A DNA stretch of 64,000 nt. It comes from Octopus sinensis. Its lineage: Eukaryota. A model generated the notes under the pieces. The model was not told the origin of the DNA, searched no databases, and was given only the letters and a program-made list of their open reading frames with translations. Both the position numbers and the translations under genes were made by a program. The DNA is taken from positions 124,001 through 188,000 of the forward strand of contig NC_043024.1 in the NCBI RefSeq assembly GCF_006345805.1, written 5' to 3'. This document shows, in pieces, positions 39,870-52,967 of this stretch (the stretch's first letter is position 1; each line of letters starts with the position of its first letter).

Positions 39870-40545
39870 AGACACAATGTCACAAATTTTGTGGGTTCTG
39901 AGAAAGTTACAATGTCACAAATATTGTAGATTCTAACGAATCACAACATTACAAATTTTGTGGGTTCTGACATAGACATAGCATTACAAATTTTGCAGGT
40001 TCAAACTTATCACAACATAGACAGAACATCACAAATCTTGTGATTTCTAATGTTGTTACTTCACAAATCTTGTGGGTTCTAATGTTGTTATGTCACAAAT
40101 CTTGTGGGTTCTGACAGACACAGCATCACAAATGTTGTACATTCTAACATATCACATCACAACATAAACAAAATGTCACAAATTGGGTTCTTAAATAGAA
40201 ACAATGTCACAAATTTCGTGGGTTGTAATATAGTCACAATGTCACAAAATTTGTGATTTCTAACATAAGCATATCACAAGATATGTGGGTTCTAACAAAC
40301 ACATCACAAATTTTGTGGGTTCTAATAGTCACATAATAGATTTTGTGGGTTGTAACACAGATGCAATATCACAAATTTTGTGGGTTCTAATAGTCACATC
40401 ACAGATTTTGTGGGTTGTAATATAGATGCAATATGACAGATTTTGTGGGTTGTAACATAAATACAATTCACAAATGTTATGGGCCCTAACATAATCACAA
40501 TGTTCCAAATTTTGTCGGTTCTAGAGACACAATGTCATAAATATT
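39870..40545. repeat. Diverged minisatellite, about 30-40-bp unit, roughly 19 copies
   Basis: Core TCACAAATTTTGTGGGTTCTAA with variable linkers. Confidence 0.9.
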
Positions 40546-41248
40546 GTTGTTGGGGTATAACCAATTTAACTGATGCCAGCACTTCACTGATAGCGACTTA
40601 GTTTAACTACCCTGGAAGAATGAAAGACAAAGCTGATGTTGGTGGGATATGAACTCAGAATGTCAAGGGTCACAACTAAATACCACAAAGCATTTTATCT
40701 GTCACTCTATCGATTCTACCAGTCCACCAAGCAACTATTGAGGTGTAATGTAATTACAGTGGAGGTGCATGGCTTAGTGGTTAAGGTGTTGGACTCTTGG
40801 TTGTAAGATTGTGGTTTCGATTCCAGGATCAAGTGATGCATTGTGTTCTTGAACAAAACATTTCATTTCATGTTGCAACAGTCCATTTGACTGGTAAAAA
40901 TGAGTAATGCATGATGGGACAGCATCCTGCCCAAGGAGGAATATATATATATATATATATATATATCCGAGAGATGGCAGGAAACTGGCCCTATGCTCCT
41001 TGTCCACATTGCACTGAACTTACAGAGTAATGTGGTCTAACCATACACACACACACACACACACACACTCCCCCCTTTCTGGGGTTGATTAAGTAAGTAG
41101 CAGTGGTAAATGTTATTAAAATACTTTTATTATAAATGATATTATGACCAGTGATGTTGTTGCCGTTGCTGTGCCAGAACAATGGCAACATAGCCATACA
41201 TGTTTACTCCATAAGGGATTTTAAGAGTATGTGTGTGTGTGTATGTAC

Positions 41249-41494
41249 ACCAGTTGAGCACTGGGGGTCATTGTAATTGATTAGTCCCTTCCCACAAAAT
41301 TTCAGGCCTTGTGACTATAGAAAAAAGGATTGTTATTACTGTTGTTGTTGTATGTATGTATGTATGTATGTATGTATGTATATACATACATACAACAACA
41401 ACAGTAATAACAATCCTTTCTTCTATAGTCACAAGGCCTGAAATTTTGTGGGAAGGGACTAATCAATTACAATGCCCCCCAGTGCTCAACTGGT
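41249..41494. repeat. Near-perfect palindrome of a SINE-A 3-prime end
   Basis: Arms meet at TATGTATATACATA; the right arm continues as a full SINE-A on the - strand. Confidence 0.9.
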
Positions 41495-41699
41495 ACTTAC
41501 TTTATCGACCCTGAAGGAATGAAAGGCAAAGTCAACCTTGGTGGAATTTAAACTCTGAACGTAAAGATGAATGAAATGCTGGAAAAAATTTTGCCCAGAG
41601 TGCCAGTTTGCCACCATAATAATGATAACAACAACAATTGTAAATGAATGCCCTAGACTTGTCCCCAAATATTATAAGTTGTGGTGACACAATGAGGTA

Positions 41700-42250
41700 G
41701 CAAAAATGCAATACTGAAAACTATGAAAAAAGTGGGTTCTTGAGAGCAGCAAGACATGGTATGAGCGCAAACCGCAGTGAATGGTGGAGTCAGAGACCCA
41801 CAAAATCCTGTGGGATTTCGCAATCTAAACAGATCAGGTGTTAGAACTTAATGGTGGTGGACAAGGTGTATCACATGTGCTATATAATTGATGTGTGGCC
41901 CTCTGACCCACAAACAGTCAAGAAGGAAGGCAAGAAAATAGACATATACAATCCTCTTAATTATAAAATAGCCCACCTATGGAAAATGAAGAAGGTAAAG
42001 ATAGTGCCAATTATTGTTGGGTCCTTGGGGACAGTATCAGAAGACATAAAGAGGAATATAAAGGAAATCAGTATAAAGTGCCCGGTAGAACTGTTTCAAA
42101 AGGGTTGCCTCCTTGACATGGCCAGAATAGCCAGGGAAGCATTAGATTAGCTGAAAAGAACAGATGGCATGGTACTGTAAGCTGCAGGTAGCAAACCCAC
42201 TACACATGCGAGACTCCAGGAGATCTGACAAAACCCGAGTTAAAGAGAAA
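41700..42250 (+). pseudogene. R4/Dong-type LINE restriction-like endonuclease C-terminal remnant
   Basis: KILWDF..TD..; CYIIDV.P.D; KK...Y..L..KI..LWKMKKVKIVPIIVGSLG is the RLE-domain signature. Confidence 0.8.
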
Positions 42251-45056
42251 AGTGATAATAATAATATTTTAAAAGGATTGATGTAACTCTTCACAAAGGT
42301 AAATAGACAAAACAAAGAGTACGATGCGATTGCAAGAGAAGTTTTTATTGGTTGAAGGATATTTCGACAGCTTGCTTGTCTTTGTTGAGTTCTTTTCACT
42401 TTGAACTCGACAAAGACAGGCAAACTGTTGGAATATTGTTCAACCAATAAGATATCTATAAAAATCGCATCGTGCTCTTCGTATTTTTTAATCGGCTTTT
42501 GGCTAAGATCAAAGTGTAGAATAATAATAATACCTATGGCAATAATAATAATAATAACAATAATAATAATCTCAAACACAAGTACACAGCCAACATTGCC
42601 AGAATTTGAACTCAGAAAGCAAAGGGACATATCGAAATGCTGCAAAGCATGTTTTGCACCATTCTACTGATTTGGTTTTCTGTCAATTCTTCATAATATC
42701 AATTATGGTTTTAAATTTTGGCATAAGGCCAGGAATTTAAGGTGGGGGTTAAGTTGGTTACACCGACCCCAGTGCATAACTGGTACTTATTTTATTGACC
42801 CTGAAAGGATTAAAGGTAAAGTTGACCTCGGGAGAAATTGAATTCAGAACATAAAACTGGAAGAAATGCTGCTAAGCATTTTGTTCCAATTTTGGCAAAA
42901 GGCCCGAAATTTTTATGGGGGGTGGGGATTAATCAATATCATTGAACCCAGTACTTGATTGGTCCTTTTTTTTTTTTTTATTAATCCTGAAAGGTCACTA
43001 CCTTTGTTATAATAATAATAATAATGGTTTCAAATTTTGGCACAAGGCCAGCAGTTCCATAAGAGGGGTTTGGTCAATTACATCAACACCAGTATTTAAC
43101 TGGTACTTATTTTATCGACCCTGAAAGGACGAAAAGGCAAAGTTGACTTTGGTGCAATTTGAACTCAGAACGTAAAGACAAATGAAATACTGCTAAGCAT
43201 TTTGTCTGGTGTGCTAATGATTCTGCCAGCTTGCTGCCTTAATAATAATGATAATAATAATCCTTCCTACAATAGGTACAATGCCTGAAATTTTGGGAGA
43301 AGGACCAGTCAATTAGATTGACCTCAGTATGTAACTGGTACTTAATTTATCAACTCCGAAAGGATGAAAGGCAAAGTCAACCTCGGCGAAATTTGGATTC
43401 AGAACATCAAGGCAGATGAAATGCTGATAGGCATTTCGCCTGGCATGCTAACAATTCTGTGAGCTCACTGCCTTAATAATAATAACAATAATAATAATAA
43501 TATTTCAAGATTGAAGTTACTCTCTCCAAAGGTAAAGAAACAAGAAAACAGTCACACTGTTCATTTGTTTCATTTTCATTTTAATAAACAGTCAAACAGC
43601 TGAACTCTTCTTGTTTTTTTAAATAATCTCTAACATATGCACAAGGCTACAAATTTGGATTTAGAGCAGATTAAATTGAAAGCAGCACATAGTTGATATT
43701 TTATTGACCCTGGTAACAGGCAGCACAACCAGAATTTGAACTCTGTGTGTACATGTATATAAAAATATAAATATATACATAAATATATGCATACACAAAT
43801 GTGCATGTGTGTATATGTATGTACGTATGTGTGTGTGTATATACACACACACACACACACATATATATATACATATATTTGTGCATGTGCAGGCATATAT
43901 GTATGTATATATATATATTTATATATAGGTTTCTTTCAGTTTCCGTCTACCAAGTTCCAAATTCCTTTGCAAGGCTTTGCACTGCCTGGGGTTATATTAC
44001 AGTAGAAAACACTCAAGGCGCAGTGAAGTGAAACTGAACCTAAAGTCATGTTGTTGGGAAGCAAACTTCTAAACCATGCAGCCATGCCTGAGCCTAGCCT
44101 GTCTTTTATATAGCTAACTCCATTCTTTGATGTTATCATGTTATACTCTACAGATGTTTTTCAGATGACCACCATTTGTGCAAATGCTTCATGTGGCAAA
44201 TGCCTGGATGACACATCCGAACTGACATAAAAAAGCTTATGTGCTGCTGCCACATAAAAAGCCCCCTGTACACTCAGTGAAGTGGTTGGTCTTAGGAAGG
44301 GCATCCAGTCATAGAAACCATGTCAAAACAGACAACTGCAGCCTAGTGCAGCTCTCTGGCTTGTGAGCTACTGTAGAAACCGTCCAACCTATGCCTGCAT
44401 TGAAAATGGATGTTAAATCATGATGATGATGATGATATATGTATATGTGTATATATATATTCACAATTATATATATATATTAAGTTTGATATTAATAAGA
44501 CACTGGCTACTATTCTGTTTTAATCTATGCAATTTTACTCGCAAGTCACATGTCCATCCAAGGAATATGGAAGAAAGCGCTTACCAAAGGTGCTGCAGAC
44601 TGGGATTGCAATGCAATCCATTTGATTATAAATGTAATATTTTACCTACATTTTACTACCAACTAGGTTTCATATTTGATATAGAATGAAAGCTTCTATC
44701 ATTGGGATAATTTAGGGTTTTCTGAAGGGTGCTATTTGTAAGGATTAGGGATAGAGTTGGGTAGAATACAGGTTTGATATTGTACAGAGGTTGTTATCAC
44801 AATTTATTGGTATAATAATAATAATAATAATAACAACAACAATAATAACAATTATATTATTATTATTATTATTATTATTATTAGTGTTGTAATTATGAAA
44901 AGATAATTTTTCTTGTATTTTTTCTGACATCATTATATTTTGTACAATGGTAACATTTTTTTGTTCTTTTTTTTTTACTGCTTCTAAATATTAAAAAAAA
45001 ACACAAAAATAATGAAGTATCAAAAAATCAAGAAATTTAAACAAAAAAGCCCCCCA

Positions 45057-45413
45057 TCAAACATAGAATTCTCGGCACTGTTCATCATCCCGTTCTTTGA
45101 TGCCAAGCTCTCCATTGAGCAGAGTCTCTGTGGTTTCAACACTGTCTATCAGGTTATGTTGATCTGAGAAAGAGTCCCGGTGTCGCGGAAGCAAGAACGT
45201 GACACGTGTCTTCCGTCGACACTGCAATACAATGTATATGATACAGCCAAGCACAACGATGACTCCCAGGGTGACCACAATGGCTATTTTAATGTTGTAC
45301 AGCAGCTTCTTATTGCCATAAATGAAATGGTGTGAGTGTAAACGCTCATGGTGATGGAAATTGTTTGACCTGAATATCTGCGATGCTAAAGATATTTCGT
45401 TGCTGTGATCCAT
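45057..45413 (-). CDS. 118-aa single-pass membrane protein with His-rich N-terminus and C-terminal EFYV (PDZ-ligand-like)
   Basis: ATG in strong Kozak context ACCGCCATGG; TM IAIVVTLGVIVVLGCIIYIVL followed by CRRK stop-transfer; acceptor-like ...CATAACATAG before 45494; AATAAA at 44808-44803. The frame is open from 45494, so it could instead be a terminal exon. Confidence 0.8.
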   Translation of the reverse strand: MDHSNEISLASQIFRSNNFHHHERLHSHHFIYGNKKLLYNIKIAIVVTLGVIVVLGCIIYIVLQCRRKTRVTFLLPRHRDSFSDQHNLIDSVETTETLLNGELGIKERDDEQCREFYV

Positions 45414-46176
45414 GGCGGTGGTGAGAAATCTATTTTGGGATTCCAGTTTGAATATTTTGATGTTGTTACTGATGAGTAAATTACATATATACATCTATGT
45501 TATGGATGTGTGTGTAGAAAGAGAGAGTGTGTGTAGGCATGGTGGGTATTCACAAAGAGAAAGAGAGAGATAAAGAGAAAGACAAAGAAATTGTATGTGT
45601 GACTAAATAGTCAATCTTTTAAAGTAGAGAAAAGAAAGTTTATGAAAATCAATATTTGTCATGTAAGCTAAAATAGAGAACAGAAAAAATCCACAAAGCT
45701 AATAAGAAAACTTTTTAGAGAAACTAGTTTAATGTTATATATGTGTGTGTGTATTATATATATTTATGTGTGTGTGTGTGTGTATAAATTATAATGGTAT
45801 ACTATATATATGATGATGATGATATATATATATATATTTTGTGCTGAGACGACAGTCATACAAAATTCGTAGATTAATGGAATCTTAGTCTGCTTTGCTT
45901 TTGTGTTTTTTTCTTCTTTTTCTTTAAGTTGTTTTCTTTAATTTCCAAGTGAATTTTTTCTTCTTTACAGGTTTGTATGAATATAGACAGACAAATGAAT
46001 GAATCTGTCTGTAAAAGTTAGGCAAATCTAGGCAGAAGTAAAATGAATCAGAAATAGAAATTGTGCGGAGATGGGAGAAAGGTAAACAAGATTAGGGAGA
46101 GAGAGAAATGGTAAAAGTGTGATTGGAGTAACAAGTTAAGCAGAAGTAAGATTGATAGATGTCAGGTAAGTAGACT

Positions 46177-46388
46177 TTAACCCTTTAACATTCAGAGTAT
46201 CCTGTCAAATGTAACGTTTATTTATTAACATTGTTTTAAATTAATCGTGAATTATCTCATAGCCTCAAGATTTACATGATGTGATTGTTTTTAGATTGAC
46301 ATTGTAGGGTAGTTGTGAGAGGCCTGATCTGGTTGCTTTGAACAGAATATTTTGGCTGGATATGGCTGGATTAGATGCTGAAGGTAAA
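46177..46388. mobile_element. piggyBac-like MITE (related cluster at 59572-60540)
   Basis: TTAACCCTTT start and decayed AAGGTAAA end; 59572 begins TTAACCCTTTT and units end AAAAGAGTTAA, including a 78-bp perfect tandem at 60192-60346. Confidence 0.5.
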
Positions 46389-47154
46389 TAAAAGAAGGAA
46401 AATTTTGGCAGTAGGTGTACAGGGAGAAGCAGAAGGGGTTAAGTTCAAGTAGGGGCTGAGGTAGACGTACAAGCAATTAAGTATAACAAAGCTGAAGCAG
46501 GAATAGTTTAGGCTGATTGTTGTGGTCTCGATCTTGCCAACATAATGTCCAGCATTTGTGTCAGATAAAATACAAACTCAAGTGTTGAAGGAGGGTTTTA
46601 GAAACTGGCAGTTGGTTTTTATGTGGAAGTCCTTTGGTCTCGTTGAAGTCAAATACTACAAGAGAAAGATCTAGATTAACAAACTAGTGATCATGGATAT
46701 GTATATATTATGCAGTTGGCTGTGGATTGTCTGCATGCCTGTGATTGGAGATTTATAAAATTAGTATCAGTAAATGGAGGGAGTTGATGAAAACTGAAGA
46801 AGTGTGTCTCCCACTAGCTTTGAATAAAAAAGTTACAAAAGTAAAAAAAAAAAACCCGCTTTGGAGTGACCTTTAAATTTGTGTCTGGTTACAGGTTATA
46901 ACTTTACTTAATATATATGCATACTGCTGTGTGTATATATACATATCTTTGTGTGTGAGTGGGCACTGGTTCATGAGTTCAGTTCAATCTGTTGAGAAGA
47001 AACCCACAAATAAAACGTAAAGTTGTTGTCTGGAGAAAGTCAAAAGGTCACCACTGTTGGGAGGCCATCATTTTCTGAAGACCATTGGCCTTGGAAGCTC
47101 ATTAATATGAAGAGGTCATTAACCTGCAGAGGTTGATAACCTAATATCACAATA

Positions 47155-47247
47155 TTAGCAGGAAGATGTTTTACAATTCTTCAGCTGGACATCAACAGGT
47201 GACCAACACAAAGTCATGAAGGGATCACCGACAGGATTTTCAAAAAT
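47155..47247 (-). CDS. Candidate exon (IFENPVGDPFMTLCWSPVDVQLKNCKTSSC*) or 5-prime UTR exon
   Basis: Strong acceptor TTTCTTTTTCTTCTCTTTACAG; of the three frames, phase 0 stays open longest (30 codons); unique sequence. Confidence 0.35.
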   Translation of the reverse strand: MFENPVGDPFMTLCWSPVDVQLKNCKTSSC

Positions 47248-47354
47248 CTGTAAAGAGAAGAAAAAGAAATCAGTCTCCATTATAGAACATTATAGAAAGT
47301 GAAGATAAAAGAGGCACAGGAAATATACATATCTACATACGCACATATATACAC

Positions 47355-47860
47355 AAGTAGTGGAAATCAGCTGCCCAGCGGATGTTAACATAAAGCTAAA
47401 GATGAGTGTAAAAAAAAATACCTATGCTGAATTATTGAAGAATCTACAGCTACTCTATGCAGATTACAAGTTCAGATTTGTACCTGTAATTATTGGGGCA
47501 CTGGGATATGTAGCACACTGCCTAAATACCAATCTTCAGAAATTAGGCTTCTCAAAACCAGAAAGAAGAAAGCTGATTCGAAGACTATGGATCCAATCCA
47601 TCATTGGAACTGTAAAAATATGTAAAACTTTCCAGATGTTCATCATTCAAGTATATATGAGCATGTCTAGATATGTAACTATATGCATGAGAATACATAC
47701 ATAAAGAAAAACATACAAATCTGCATGTATACAGACATACATGCATACAAAAATACTCTGTTGTTGATGCTGAAATCCCAATGAAGGAGTATTGCATCTC
47801 AGTTAGAAACTGGATCTTTCTCTATTCGCAGGAAATCTTGAAATAAAACTAAATAATGAC
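47355..47860 (+). pseudogene. RLE-type LINE 3-prime remnant
   Basis: VEISCPADVNI...KK..Y..LL..LQLLY..YKFRFVPVIIGALG RLE signature plus 3-prime UTR. Confidence 0.8.
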
Positions 47861-48601
47861 ACACATAGATAGATAGATACATACATACATATATTCATTC
47901 ATTCATTCATATTAGAAACAGAGAACAAGCAAGCAAAACACATGGTATCACTTCAGGGACTTTAATTTATAATTGAAACATAATACAGAGTAATTATAAT
48001 AAACAGTTACCAATTTACTATAACTACTTTGCATTATGTTTGAATTGTAAATTATAAATTAAAGGCTCCAAAGCAGTGATTCTCAATGTGGGGTATATGC
48101 CCCATTAGTGGGGGTGGGAAAATTGTGGTGAGGTGTGGAATCCAAAATGTGTGGTGAGAAGCTTGCTTCCCAGCCACATGGTTGTGGGATCTGTCCCACT
48201 GTATGGCACCTTGGACAAGTTTCTTCTACAATAGCCTCTGGCTGACAAAAGCTTTGTGGGTGTATTTGGTAAATGGAAACTGAAAGAAGCCCTTCATATA
48301 TATATATATATCTATCACTCAGTGCTTTAAAGTTTATTTATAAAAATGCTGTCACATTCCAAAACGCTATTATTTAACATTGTAAAAGGCTGTATCTGTT
48401 GTCAGGGGTCACTTAGCTTAGAGGTACAGGGTGCTCAACCAGAATTTGAGAGGTTCAGGGTTTGATTCTTGGTAGAAGCTATTTTTTTTTCTATCTTCCA
48501 AGGGTATTTATTTGGTCTTCTAAGCAGTTCTCACAGTTATTGAGCTTTGGATATTTCCTTTATTTTCTGTAATAAATATATAAAGGTATAGCTGTATGGA
48601 A

Positions 48602-49400
48602 GCACAGGCATGGCTGTGTCATAAGAAGCTTGCTTCCTAACCACATGGTTTTGGGTTCAGTCCCACTGCATGGCACCTTGGGTAGGTGTCTTCTACTATA
48701 GCCCCAGGCTGACCAAAGCCTTGTCAGAGGATTTGGTAGATGGAAACTGAAAGAAGCTCACGGTATATATGTATGTGTGTGTGTGTGTGTGTGTATTTGT
48801 GTCTGTGTTTATCCCCCACCACTCCTTGACAACTGGTGCTGATATGTTGATGTCTCCGTAACTTAGCAGTTCAGCAAAAGAGACTGATAGGATAAGTACT
48901 GGAGTTGATATATCTAACTAAAAAAATTTTTCAAGGCGGCACCCCAGCATGGCCTCCGTCTGATAACTGAAACAAGTAAAAGAATATATATCCTTTTTCT
49001 TTTATTTGTTTCAGTCATTATACTGTGGCCATGCTGGGGCACAACTTTGAAGAATTTTTAGTCAAATAAATCAATGCCAGTGCTTATTTTTCTTTTAAAG
49101 GCTTGTATTTATTCTATCGGTTGCTTTTTGCTGGACCACTAAGTTTCAGGGATGTAAACACACCAACACTGGTTGTTAAGCAATGGTAGGGAACAAACAC
49201 AGACACAAGACACACACACTACCATAAATATATACAACAGGCTTCTTTCAGTTTCCATCCACCAATTCTACTCACAAGGCTTTGGTTGGCCTGAGGCTTT
49301 AGTAGAAGACACTTGCCCAAGGTGCCACACAATTGAACTGAACCTGGAATCATGTGATTGGGAAGCAAGCTTCCTACCACACAGCCATGACAGTGCCTAT
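48602..49400. mobile_element. Two SINE-B copies tail-to-tail (48602-48983 +, 48992-49400 -)
   Basis: Both match the family-B consensus in opposite orientations, about 8 bp apart. Confidence 0.85.
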
Positions 49401-49992
49401 AGAACTGGCACTCTGTTGGTTACGATGACGAGGTTTCCAGTTGATTCGATCAACGGAACAGCCTGCTTGTGAAATTAATGTGCAAGTGGCTGAGTACTCC
49501 ATAGACACACATACCCTTCACATAGTTCTAAAAATGTGAAAAGGCTGTCATTTGAAATGCAGGTGCTACTCATTTTTGCCAGCTGAGTGGACTGGAGAAA
49601 GGTGAAATAAAGTGTCTTGCCAGGTATTGAACTCATGAAACTTACAACCATGAGCTAAATACCCTATGTCACAAGCCTTCACTGTGCCTATATATATGTA
49701 TATATATATATATATATGATAATAATATTAGGGAGTAAATCCAAATTTACAGGGAAAAATTAGATTTAGGATTAAATCTAATTTTACAGTATAAATATAT
49801 ATATATTAAATTAGAGATAAAACCACTATTAGGCAAATCAAAACAGTGAAAAACATAAACCAAAACATAGAAATAAAATTAATTAATATAATACACAAAA
49901 TATATAAAATTCAAATTTAAAGTTAAAATTAAAAAAAATTTTTAATTATTAATTTATACTTATAAATTATACCTATAGATTTATATATATAT

Positions 49993-50026
<34 letters not shown>

Positions 50027-50145
50027 TATTTTTATTATCTTTTATTTTTTTAATTATATATTTGTTTAATTTAAAAAAATTTTATTATTAATATATATAA
50101 CTATCAAAAAGTATTAAAAAGTTTAATATAAGATAATAAGTAAAA

Positions 50146-50242
50146 CCACTACGATCGTTTCATGCCCATAACCTAATTCGAATAACAATAATTTAAATTC
50201 AATTAATAATTCGAATTATGGTTATAGTCAATCTTCAGGTTA
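50146..50242 (-). ncRNA. Hammerhead motif with extended stem II (left arm)
   Basis: Reverse complement of 52452-52548. Confidence 0.65.
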
Positions 50243-52451
50243 ATGATAATATTTAAATAAATAATCAAATATATTTAAACAATATTTTTTTAAAGAAATA
50301 AATAAAATAATAATTTTTCTTATAAAAAACTCTATTATCAAACTAGAAACTTTAACGATTATGATTATGTCATACAATCAATTATAATGTTAAATATTAA
50401 TTTTTAAGTATTAATTTTTAAGGTAAGAATAGATAGAAAATGTATTTATCTATTCAGATATAATATGGCTTTAAAAAAACATAATAAACCCACAAATAAT
50501 CTAATCTCAGTTATAGTCAATATCTAATTACCTAAATATTTAACAAAAAAAAAAAAAATCACTAATCATTATTAAATTCAATTTCAAGTCAAATAACTAT
50601 ATAATATTTGAACAATAACCAAACCATCAATGAACTCATACAAGTGTATATAAATATAAGAATTAAGATCCAAAACTATCTCCATCAACAAGTATATATG
50701 CACGTATAACAAAGACCTAATAAATTAATTATTCTTTACCACTTATAAATACATTAAAAGATTAAAGATGAAAAAGCCGACTGTAAACAAACAAACAAAT
50801 CATTCCAAAAGAACTTCACAACTAATTAACGATCCATACATCTCGTTGGCCAACTAATAACCTACAAAAACCGTATAGTTAAGAACTAAAATGAAACAAC
50901 AAAACACTTAATGAAATAATCAATCTGCAGCTATACAGTATCCAACATATACCACTAACACACTTATCAATGGAAAAAATACCACTACCAATCTTCAATT
51001 GAAAAAAAGAAACATACAAGTTATAACAACAATTATAAAATACCTAAAATAACTATCAAAAATTACAACTATTAAAGACCAAAATCTAAGCCACCAATAC
51101 ATGCATACACATGAAACCCAACTTTAAAAGACTCGTACAACTGTTAATAATCAATACATCTCCTTGGCCAAGCAAAGTCCCACGAACAAACGTAGAGCCA
51201 AAATCCAATAATTAAATAGAAAAATCCATGTCAACTAAATCACTGCACAACAATCGGTACCTATACAAAATTATACCAAAACATTTAAATTTCAAAATCT
51301 AAAAATCCCAAATACAAACATATACTTATCTTTGCAAAGATAAGTATATATTCACATCTAAGATTTCCAAATTTTAAAATTTAAATACTTCAAAAAGTCC
51401 CATTGTACAATTCTGCACTTCACACAAATACTGATTGCCATGCAATGATCCAGCTATCGCAGCCCCCTCCACCCAATTATTAGATTCCAACTCCACGTCC
51501 ATCCACAAGACCCCACCCAGCCAAAGAGACACATTGATCGCCAACAGTTACACGAGCCCTCCAAAGCCAGGCTTCATGCACATACATGCATTGACAGCTC
51601 AAATTCCAGTCTTTAACAACCACAACTGTTGATAGCCACCTCAAACATTTTATAATTGTTACTACAACCCACACATTTTCCCCTTCAACTGACAATTGGC
51701 AGCAGTACTCCTTCCACCGACAAACATTTTAGTAGCACCTATCGGATACCACACAACCATGGATTGATCACTTCATCAAGCACTTTACCATTTCATTCCA
51801 GTTCCCAACTACACGGCCCCTGCAAGTTACCAACCAGCCAATGAGATACATGGATCGTTAACCAGCTAGAGTTCCAACAAGATAGCCCGCCTGCTCGTCC
51901 ACAACTAGCTCCCTCATCCCCAATCCTCCAATAAGCAACAATGAACAATTAATCCAACAGGTCCCCACCACACGCGCATATACACTCATTGATAGAGACA
52001 ATCCCAGATCCCAACTCCCATACTCATATAAATTCTTATATTTATATACATTTGTATGTGTTCATTGATGGTTTGGTTATTGTTCAAATATCATATAGTT
52101 GTTTGACTTGAGATTGAATTTAATAAAATATGATTAGTGATTTTTTTTTGTTAAATATTTAGGTAATTAGATATTGACTATAACTGAGATTAGATTATTT
52201 GTGGGTTTATTATGTTTTTTTAAAGCCATATTATATCTGAATAGATAAATACATTTTCTATCTATTCTTACCTTAAAAATTAATACTTAAAAATTAATAT
52301 TTAACATTATAATCGATTGTATGACATAATCATAATCGTTAAAGTTTCTAGTTTGATAATAGAGTTTTTTATAAGAAAAAATATTATTGTATTTATTTCT
52401 TTAAAAAAATATTGTTTAAATATATTTGATTATTTATTTAAATATTATCAT

Positions 52452-52548
52452 TAACCTGAAGATTGACTATAACCATAATTCGAATTATTAATTGAATTTA
52501 AATTATTGTTATTCGAATTAGGTTATGGGCATGAAACGATCGTAGTGG
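52452..52548 (+). ncRNA. Hammerhead motif with extended stem II (right arm)
   Basis: TAAC CTGAAGA TTGACTATAACCATAATTCGAAT...ATTCGAATTAGGTTATGGGCAT GAAA CGATCG TA GTGG; stem I is weakened. Confidence 0.65.
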
Positions 52549-52697
52549 TTTTACTTTTTATCTTATATTAAATTTTTTAATACTTTTTGATAGTTATATA
52601 TATTAAAATAAAAATTTAAAAAATTAAATAAATATATAATAAAAAATAAAAAAATTTTAAAAATAAAAATTAGATTAAAAATAATGATAAAAATAAA

Positions 52698-52742
<45 letters not shown>

Positions 52743-52967
52743 ATATATAAATTTATAAGTATAATTTATAAGTATAAATGAATAATTTAAAAAAGTTTTA
52801 AATTTTAACTTTAAATTTAAATAATTTAAATAATTTAAATTTTGAATTTTATATTTTATATATTTTGTATATTATATTAATTTTATTTCTGTGTTTTGGT
52901 TTGTTTTTCACTGTTTGATTTGCCTAATAGTGGTTTTATCTCTAATTTAATATATATATATATATAT

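Larger units (their letters stand above)
49725..52958. mobile_element. 3.2-kb non-coding PLE-like element with about 0.9-kb inverted arms
   Basis: Arms about 49803-50664 and 52031-52958 are reverse complements, each carrying an HHR; AC-rich 1.37-kb spacer; (TA)n flanks. Confidence 0.8.

Noticed and set aside
39870-40545. CRISPR-like repeat-spacer look
   Set aside because: Eukaryotic context, degenerate repeats, short related linkers and no cas genes.
51435-51844. Short ORFs in the core of the 3.2-kb fold-back
   Set aside because: No RT or GIY-YIG motifs; explained by AC-biased composition.
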